In this document: one piece after another, positions 61,447 to 64,000 of the stretch | How positions within the stretch are numbered: position 1 is the stretch's first letter | Layout of the letters: each line of letters opens with the position of its first letter | Assembly (NCBI GenBank): GCA_051294905.1 | Contig: CM119374.1 | Coordinates: forward strand, 16,120,001 to 16,184,000 | From: Botryllus schlosseri | Taxonomy: Eukaryota | Direction: 5' to 3' | DNA: 64,000 nucleotides | Made by a program: the position numbers and the translations under genes | Notes under the pieces: generated by a model | What the model was told of the DNA's origin: nothing | What the model saw: the letters and a program-made list of their open reading frames with translations, nothing else | Databases searched by the model: none

Positions 61447-64000
61447 GATTAAAGTGAGTCGCGGCTTAGGAATACAAAACACACGAGCAGGCTGGTGTAC
61501 CGTGAATGGACGTAGAAGTAAAAAAAAAAGTAAAATCAACCAAATAAAAGAATGGTATGGGCGGTATGGCACATATACTGTTTGTCGTTTATTGATACAT
61601 CAAGCGTACGCGAGACGTGGTATGCAACATACGAATAATAAAAAACCTTCATGCGTTGCTGACATGGATGCAAGTGCAGTCATCCACGTGCGTTTCAATG
61701 AATGCTTGTGATGCTAAAAATAATGTTACAAAATAATAAACTATACTCACCATCGAAGCTCTGCAAAGAGACAAGTATTTGACTATACCGCAATCGAGAT
61801 ATCATTCAATGCCAGAAAACTGTGCGAAAATATGGTGGCTGATTTATCGTTTCTAGTTACTTCCTTTCCCCTCGTTGATAACAAAGAGCTAGATGCTTTA
61901 GATTCCCCATTGACTTGTAGAAAAAAGAGATATGCTATACAGCAGACCACGTCGCAATGAAAAAAAACTAGCCTTACGCCCCCATATAGCCCTAATACCT
62001 ACACGTTCGTCAATCTGTGTGTCCAGAAAATGCATTATCTTCATCACGGCAGAATTGATATAAAGTATGGAACATGTATTAAATGCGTCAGAAATGGTTG
62101 ACACCTGCAAATAGTACTTTGAACGCTCTCTCGTTTGAAATTTCATGCTGGTGACGTCATATTTTGTGATACGATTATTGATATACAATGTTATTTCCAA
62201 TTCTCTACTAGTTGCTGACGATTACCCCTGACGAGTGTGAGCCGAAAATATTCGGGTTTATTTCAATATGACTATGCTATTCAATTGTATAGTGCTCCTG
62301 ATAAAAATATACATAACATGCATGTTTGTTCTCACAATGGTCATCTCGACAGTTCGCTCACACGCCGCGTCAGTAGACATATCATCTGTAAATATATGGC
62401 ATCCCGTTATATGCAGTCATCATGTTTACAGTTGTACATAAACTGATAGTCCAAATAAACGAATTCCTTCGAAATCAACGATGTACTAAAGCAGTCATCG
62501 TGTTAAGAATCGCCAAGACCATATCACCCTTGGATAGTTTGACTCAGGGTTGCTTTCAATTCACATGTAACGTAGCAGTCCAATATTATCGTGGGCCTTC
62601 AAGAAACCCTGAAGGTTGAAAGTAGAATTTAAAAAGGTATGCTATCGGCGTGGATTTCCCCCTTTTCTTCATGCGATTGGCCTCTGAGAGTTTGGAATGG
62701 AGGATATTTCTAAGCTTAAGATCCGCCAGCGCAGAGCTCGGCAACCGTTTACGCTCTGCGGGCCGGATTCAGGAATAATGTTTTCTTGGGAACAGGTCTG
62801 TAAATACAGAAATGTTCAATATTTCCACCACCAAACTATTCGACGGTTTCGTCTTTTATTGCTGGTATTGAGGAAAATACGTGCTCGCTTCGGTAGAATG
62901 ACGCAAGTGGAAGCAAGGTTGGTAATGCTTTTATTACTGTGGTTCTTATTCCATGTGTCGCGACTAAAACATGGATCGTGATAGGTTTGGATTTTCGTTT
63001 CTGTCGCGTCAGATCGTTTGGCGGAAGTATTATTTGCCGATTAATTTTGCAAATAGTATATGTTTCAAAACGTTAGCCTCTGCTTCGTTCGATTTTATTT
63101 GTACAAACTTTGTACATTTTAAAATCCGCTCTGTTCGGTACTAATCAATAAGCAGAATACGCAGACAATTTGACCTGATCGTAAAAAGTATGCCAACCCA
63201 TGTAATATATCACGAGAGTATGAGAGTGGGAAAAATCGAGAATCTGCGTGGTTCGCTTCTAAACCGATAAAATTAGGCTTCTATCGAGTATTTTAGTATC
63301 ACTTCTTATAACTTCACAACAGTATGGATAATGTGGAAGAGAATATATGTACTTTTTAATCGACCGCAAAGAGTACAATACCAGCTCCACATCGCATTAG
63401 ATTATTTGGCATTTTTCGACCATACCTATTTGGTTGCACTTTGTGGCAGTTCTGTCGTGACGACTGCACAGATTTATCATTTCCACTAACGTACGTGGTC
63501 TTGTACTATACAAAATATATGATTGATCGCTGCGATACAAACAATCGAGGTTTACAGCCTTCCACAGTTGGCAAAACTGTCAAAACTATAATTCCCGTTG
63601 AAAAACCAGCAGAAGAGTCTAATTTCAGTACTCGAAATGATCATCTCTCACCACTCTGCACGAATCATTGTGCCTAGTCCTACGCGTGAGTCGCTTTAAT
63701 GCTATATATTAAAATTAGTCTGACCTTTCGTATTTTCGAAAAGCTTCTTATCTACCGCGGATAAAAGTCCGGAATGGAGTGTTTGTGTCTGACTTGCTAA
63801 GTGTGTGCCACCGACATGACATTCACGGCTGCCAACTGGCGTGACATCTGTTACTGCCGTAGCGCGTAAAAGCGTCGACTATTATAGCAAAAAGTCGGAC
63901 ATTAGTTTGTTTTTATAAATTATTCCCAGTGATATCCCATTGAATCTTCACACTACGACCTACGTATCATCCTTACCAGGGCCGTAACTGCCGCACCCCA

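Larger units (their letters stand above)
49000..63500. repeat. Segmental duplication, copy II (boundaries approximate)
   Basis: See the colinear blocks listed for copy I. Confidence 0.85.

Overview
This is AT-rich, repeat-dense eukaryotic DNA. The repeat families and gene style suggest an invertebrate, possibly an ascidian, but that is inference only. No rRNA, true tRNA or CRISPR array was found. Three things dominate the window. (1) An old tandem segmental duplication (~27.0-42.0 kb vs ~49.0-63.5 kb). Each half carries a minus-strand spliced gene for a divergent C-type-lectin-like domain (CTLD) with a Thr-rich stalk. The CTLD exons are intact in both copies, but the copies have been remodelled differently. 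In copy I an ISL2EU transposon (THAP-DDE transposase plus YqaJ nuclease) splits the putative signal-peptide exon, and a tandem duplication creates a second in-frame splice donor. In copy II a hAT MITE lands within a few bp of the same spot, the stalk exon is duplicated in frame, and a SINE target-site duplication (TSD) copies a splice donor. (2) Many hAT-type MITEs and transposase relics with readable terminal inverted repeats (TIRs) and 8-bp TSDs, nested up to three deep, several with empty sites visible in paralogous copies. (3) A GC-rich hAT deletion derivative (12782-13927) whose transposase C-terminus resembles a family I recall mainly from oomycetes, algae and mosses, making it a horizontal-transfer candidate. 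All calls come from manual reading. No searches were run.
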